A DNA stretch of 64,000 nucleotides from the NCBI GenBank assembly GCA_964019425.1, contig OZ025781.1, positions 1,054,001 through 1,118,000 of the forward strand, in the 5' to 3' direction. The position numbers and the translations under genes are program-made. This stretch comes from Flectonema sp. DT1601 (Eukaryota). A model generated the notes under the pieces. That model worked only from the letters and a program-made list of their open reading frames with translations, ran no database searches and had not been told where the DNA came from. Shown piece after piece: positions 59,299 through 64,000 of this stretch (positions are counted from its first letter, which is position 1; each line of letters starts with the position of its first letter).

Positions 59299-61410
59299 TC
59301 ATAACATCCGTTTGCATGCCTGCTTGGCAATAAACTCATCGAGTTGGTTGGTCGATGCAGCTCTGCTGCTAGCAACCCATTGAACAGCAGTCTCAGATGG
59401 TTGTTCCACTTGTGGTGGTTTTGGAGATTCAGCAAGTCGGGAAGATAATATTTGTTTATAACGAGCTACAGCCACAGCAGGGTCAACAGGATCTGGAAGA
59501 GGACGAACACCTTTCAGAGGGGTCAGAGGAGTCTGTTTGCTTTTGACAGATGATTTTTGTTCATGTTCAGATAATTTATAATTCAACAGTAATTGCTGTG
59601 GTAGTGGCAGCCGAGGTAGCTCAGAACCAACTCCATCAGGAACTTGTCCACCCGCAAGTAGTTCTTCGATACCTGTGGATGTATTAATGGGTGGTAATAT
59701 TAATCCATTACTCCCTTCGTGATTACCTTCTTCATGAGTGTAAGGCCTGGCATTTATTACTGTTGGAGATGTCTGTTCTTGTGGTTCTTCAAGAACACGT
59801 TTCTGTCTACATTCGCTGTAATACCTCGTTATCGACTTCACTGTAACATCATAAGTAGATGCTGCTTGATGAGCCTGCTGTCTGATAGTACTAACGCGGT
59901 TCTTCAGTCTCTGCTGCTCCATCGACAGCATGTGTTGAAGGAGGTTATCTCCTCTTTCAGGTTCGCGGATTAACCGCATGTTGTTTACTTTGTCTGATTT
60001 CTGACTTCTTGCGGGACTCGAACTGGGGAGTTTTAGAGCACCGTCAGTACTGCGTTTCTGAGGTTTTGCTTTTTTAGTTGATAGAGGTTGTTGTGTTGTT
60101 ATTTGAGTTTTCTTTTTTAATGCTCGTGTTCTGGCAGACTCTGCCGAGACTCGTCTGATGTCGCGTGTTACTGATTTTGAACGATTTGTTACTTCATCGG
60201 AGTCAGTGATGTCGGCTCGTTTGCAAACTTGAGGAGGGGAAGACTTTCTTGGAGGGGATCCACTTACGGATGTGCTAATTTGAACTAATCTTGATCTGCA
60301 GCCGACTGGTGGAGTAACGGTATTTCGGGTATCAGTTGACTCGATTCGTTCGTGGTTACTAATTGCAGTTTTTGCGGAAGTCTTTTTCACATCCGGTGGG
60401 CTTTTCCGAGGAGAATTTCCCACTAACCCAGACACATCAATCGGGTTAATCTTCTTCTCTTTGTTGTCACTTTTGAGTTGTTCATCAATGTTTGCTGATC
60501 GCTGAGATTTTTCATGTTTGCTTTGGATTTTGTCTTTTTTCGCAACAGGATTCGTAGTATTGGTAACGACGTGGGTGGGTTCGAATAGTTGGATTATTTC
60601 AGAAGGTGTTGCAAAGCCAGTAGGTTCAATCGATTCCCTCATTACCCAAGACAACATTGGACATCCCCCGACACTCATAGTCAACATAATCGAATGAGGA
60701 ATCTCATTTAAGATACCCGAACTTGAGATTGTTTGTTTTTGTTTGATTTTGTTAGCAGAGTGTATAAAGGCAGTTGGTATTGTTTTATGGGAAGTTCTTT
60801 CGTAAGCTATTTCGATGCCGGGAAAGACAGCTGGATGAAAAGCATCACTCACCGCATCGATAAATTCATTCCCAGCATCATACTCCTCCAAGAGATTCAC
60901 AACCACTCCTACAGAGAGTTGTTGGTCTGGTGAGAGACCAGGGATTGCTAACAATGCTTCAAGTAAAGACATTCTAATGGTGTGTTTTGTTTGGATATGA
61001 TACACAAGACTTGACGTCTCTGACGGTAAGTCTACGTCACCCAATTGTAGGAAGTCAGAAAACTGTTTCAATAGTAGCTCTGGTACAAACGCTGTAGTTC
61101 CTCGTATTCCGAGAAATGATGTTACTAACTTTTCAGTTAGCATGTGATTCACATAAACAAGGTACGATAATATAAATACTGGTAACGTGTATTTTGTTTG
61201 ATCGCCGCTGCATCGCAATGCGACAGCTCTTAGCGATTTTTCGAGTTTACTTCCTGGACTGATCTGATCCAATAGAACAGGACCGCAATCTTTCAAACAT
61301 GTGAGACCATCTCCCAAATCCCCAGCAAGAGCTGCTTCGACAACGGTAGCCAAACAGCTCTTCTCCATTGTGTCGTCACTGTAAGAAAGATTAGAAATAA
61401 GTTGAATCAT
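59299..61410 (-). CDS. Hypothetical protein with helical N-terminus and long disordered basic/Ser-Pro C-terminal half (~703 aa; start uncertain)
   Basis: Long ORF. The first in-frame ATG (61410) lies downstream of a pyrimidine-rich CCCCAG acceptor near 61468. Confidence 0.75.
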   Translation of the reverse strand: MIQLISNLSYSDDTMEKSCLATVVEAALAGDLGDGLTCLKDCGPVLLDQISPGSKLEKSLRAVALRCSGDQTKYTLPVFILSYLVYVNHMLTEKLVTSFLGIRGTTAFVPELLLKQFSDFLQLGDVDLPSETSSLVYHIQTKHTIRMSLLEALLAIPGLSPDQQLSVGVVVNLLEEYDAGNEFIDAVSDAFHPAVFPGIEIAYERTSHKTIPTAFIHSANKIKQKQTISSSGILNEIPHSIMLTMSVGGCPMLSWVMRESIEPTGFATPSEIIQLFEPTHVVTNTTNPVAKKDKIQSKHEKSQRSANIDEQLKSDNKEKKINPIDVSGLVGNSPRKSPPDVKKTSAKTAISNHERIESTDTRNTVTPPVGCRSRLVQISTSVSGSPPRKSSPPQVCKRADITDSDEVTNRSKSVTRDIRRVSAESARTRALKKKTQITTQQPLSTKKAKPQKRSTDGALKLPSSSPARSQKSDKVNNMRLIREPERGDNLLQHMLSMEQQRLKNRVSTIRQQAHQAASTYDVTVKSITRYYSECRQKRVLEEPQEQTSPTVINARPYTHEEGNHEGSNGLILPPINTSTGIEELLAGGQVPDGVGSELPRLPLPQQLLLNYKLSEHEQKSSVKSKQTPLTPLKGVRPLPDPVDPAVAVARYKQILSSRLAESPKPPQVEQPSETAVQWVASSRAASTNQLDEFIAKQACKRML

Positions 61411-62287
61411 GTTTCTTAAAGTTTTCGTTCTGTTCTCTTCACAGGATTCACATTTATATCCTATCAACTGGGGAAGATAAAGTGAAGGAACCAAACTGCT
61501 ACAAATGAAAAGTACTATTGCGATATGCTGAGAAATAGTTTCTACCAAAACTATTCATTCGTCCTTAAAAAGGCTACACAGCGACTGCAGCAAGTTTCCC
61601 CAAAGTAAAGAACGCTAATCACCTTTATAAACAAAGCGGGTGTCAGCTACAGCCTGAAGTTGTATTCTTGCTTTGTTACGAGAAAGATAAAGGACAGCGC
61701 ATTTCTATATATATATATATTTTTTTAAGGTAAGGTTTTTCTTTTTACTCTTTTTTGAACAGCGGCCCAATATACATCAGAATGGCTGAAATTGTTGGAT
61801 TCAGGTCACATTTCAATTACTCTCGGCATCGTTTAAACGCGGGGATAGGTGTTTATATTAAGTAAAATTAAAACGTGCAGGGAGGCTGAGTCCGCCAAAG
61901 GATTTTAGCGGCTGCTTGCCAACTGTCAGAGTAGTTCAATTGATTGTGTCTTTGGAAAAGTGTTCCGTCAGAAACTCTGAAAGCCAGTGCTATTTTTTGT
62001 TGATTTTTTTTTGTCCATAACTTTTTTTTTTTTTGTCCCTATCCGCTCGATTATTCTTTCCTTCCCCCCCCCCACCCTCCTTTTTTCTTTTCTAAAATAA
62101 AGGAATTAGCTAGAGGTAATAATATTCGTTTCAAACTTTTTTTTCTTTTTTCTTTTTTCTTTTTTGTTGTAGTAAGACTTCGATCAGGAATTAGACATCA
62201 GTCGCTACTGAGAACGTACCTTTTATAAAAAAAAACTGTTGTTTTTTTTTTTTTTTTTGCTGAATGTCAGAAGGTAAAGTAACGTTG

Positions 62288-64000
62288 CTATGCTTTCCAC
62301 CCACCCCATTCTTCTACCGTGTACGAACCGAACCTGTGTACGCCATTTTCATTCGAATATGGTTCATTGAATGGTATGTGCTTTAGTGGATCACCGAATA
62401 CAGAAGTGCGCCATGAAACATGGTCTTCATCGGAGTAACTTGCCTGAATCGGCTGTTGCACCGAAACCGGACGTGGTTGTGTTGGTAGTGGTGGTTGTGT
62501 TGGTTGTGTCAGTCGTGACTCGTCCCATTTTGACCATGTTGCCATCGGTTCTTGATCCCGTAGGTGTTCTTGATTTGTTTCTTGATAGTGTTTACTTTGT
62601 CCCCATCCCATACTACTCCCAGGTTGTGTCTCGAATGTCAACGCATTTCCACCCCACTGTCGTTTGGTAGATAGGTTCTGAGCAGCTGTCTGTTTTATAT
62701 TGCTTTTTTTTTTTTTTTTAAAAGTAGAAAAAGCCAACACCTTGGATCAAAAAAGGTCAATAGACACTAAATAAAGCAACTCATTAAACACAAAAACATA
62801 CTTTCATAGGACCAGGGAACTCCTTATCCGACTCATTGACTTCCATGTAGAGTCGATAGAGATGAGGGGCAAGTTCATCATCATCACCAGGAGTGTAGAA
62901 TGAGTATGAATCACCGCGTTTACCAGCGCGTCCAGTTCTTCCAATGCGATGGGTGTATGATTCAATATCATCTGGTAGATCATAATTAATAACCATTGCG
63001 ACATCAGATACATGAATACCTCTCTGTGCCACATCTGTAGCTATCAGTACTGCTGGCCCAGTTGCTCCTCCAAACTGATGAAGAGTGTCCATACGTTTGG
63101 CTTGCAGCATCGAACCTTCCAAACTGAAAATTTTCAATCTGTTAAAACTTGATCTCAGAAAAGCATGCAAGTTCGCAACATTCTTGCGAGTGTTAGTAAA
63201 TACGATGGCTTTCTTTTTCTCAGACAGAATGTTATCTGCGATAAGAGACTTCAAGTCGTCATTCTTCTGACGCTCATTTGGACAAACCCAAAAAACCTGT
63301 CTAATATTACAGTTTGCTTTCATGTAGGTATAACCGACATTTATTTGTACCCACCCGAGGGGCATTATATCCTTTGCTGCCTCATGAACTTCTTTGGGCC
63401 ATGTTGCGGTCCAAAATAGTGTTTGTCGGTTAGGTTTAGAAGGCAGCTCTCGTATGCATGCCATTGCTTGATCAAAAAACCCATCTTCAAGCAATCGATC
63501 AGCTTCATCAACGATAAGAAGACTCGTGTCGCTTAAGTTGACAAATCTACGACGTATCAGATCCTGAAGTCTACCCGGTGTTCCGATTAGAGACTCAGCG
63601 TCACGTGGAATTCTCGCGACGCGATTACCACCGTATGAGGCATAGTGTTTCATGTCAAAGAAAGCTCTAAAATCCATATTAATTTGTTCTGCTAGCTCTC
63701 TACTTGGAACAATGATTAGCGATGATGGTGATTCACTGGTGCTACCACTTCCATGCCTTGCTGACGCATGTGCAAATGCAGTCAGAGCGTATGCCAGAGT
63801 TTTACCACTACCAGTTTCAGCCAATCCTAAAACGTCAAATCCAGATAACATATATGGCCATGATGCGGCTTGTACAGCTGTTGGTCTGGCCCATTCTCTT
63901 TTGTGAACGGTTTGTAAGAAAGTTCCCGGTCCGCTTAAGCAATTCCATCCAACAATCGGTTTGTGTGCCTGAGCGAATACAGCATCGCCTTCAAGTTGTT
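62288..64000 (-). CDS. DEAD-box RNA helicase, 5' end outside the window; exons >64000-62802, 62689-62288
   Basis: Q motif PTAVQ, AETGSGKT, PSRELAEQ, GTPGRL, VDEAD, WTAT, ATDVAQRG and HRIGRTGR. Phase-0 GTATG..CAG intron at 62690-62801. Confidence 0.93.

Noticed and set aside
1..64000. tRNA, rRNA, SL RNA, non-canonical introns or alternative genetic code
   Set aside because: None was recognised by eye. All reconstructed introns are GT-AG and the genes translate with the standard code. A tRNAscan/Infernal run is needed to exclude small RNAs.

Overview
AT-rich eukaryotic nuclear DNA, most likely from a euglenozoan and probably a diplonemid. This is an inference from the euglenozoan-type actin, the single-strand gene cluster, kinetoplastid-like GTATG donors and many short cis-introns. 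About 25 protein genes lie head-to-tail, all on the minus strand, consistent with a polycistronic, SL trans-spliced cluster. They include an MGC-acylated ARM protein, a histidine phosphatase, two identical 110-aa Tyr/Ser-rich genes, Kae1/OSGEP, a lysophospholipid acyltransferase, a membrane class III cyclase-like protein and an AlkB dioxygenase. They also include a 9-exon EF-hand/PDZ/PIP-kinase-like protein, a calcyphosin-like protein, three actins, an ankyrin protein, two adjacent intronless CAZymes, Vps52, eL42, a divergent 14-3-3, a TUTase and a DEAD-box helicase. I reconstructed 25 phase-consistent introns by hand. The most notable signal is in splicing: cis-introns have GT(A/G/T)TG donors, a U/G-rich 5' half and an A/C-rich 3' half with no polypyrimidine tract, whereas putative trans-splice acceptors upstream of ATGs mostly have TTAAY plus a pyrimidine tract. 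Also notable are an antisense, frameshifted ubiquitin-protease (USP) fragment inside one intron, patchwork gene conversion among the actins, and several apparent pseudo-enzymes. No tRNA, rRNA or SL RNA gene was recognised.
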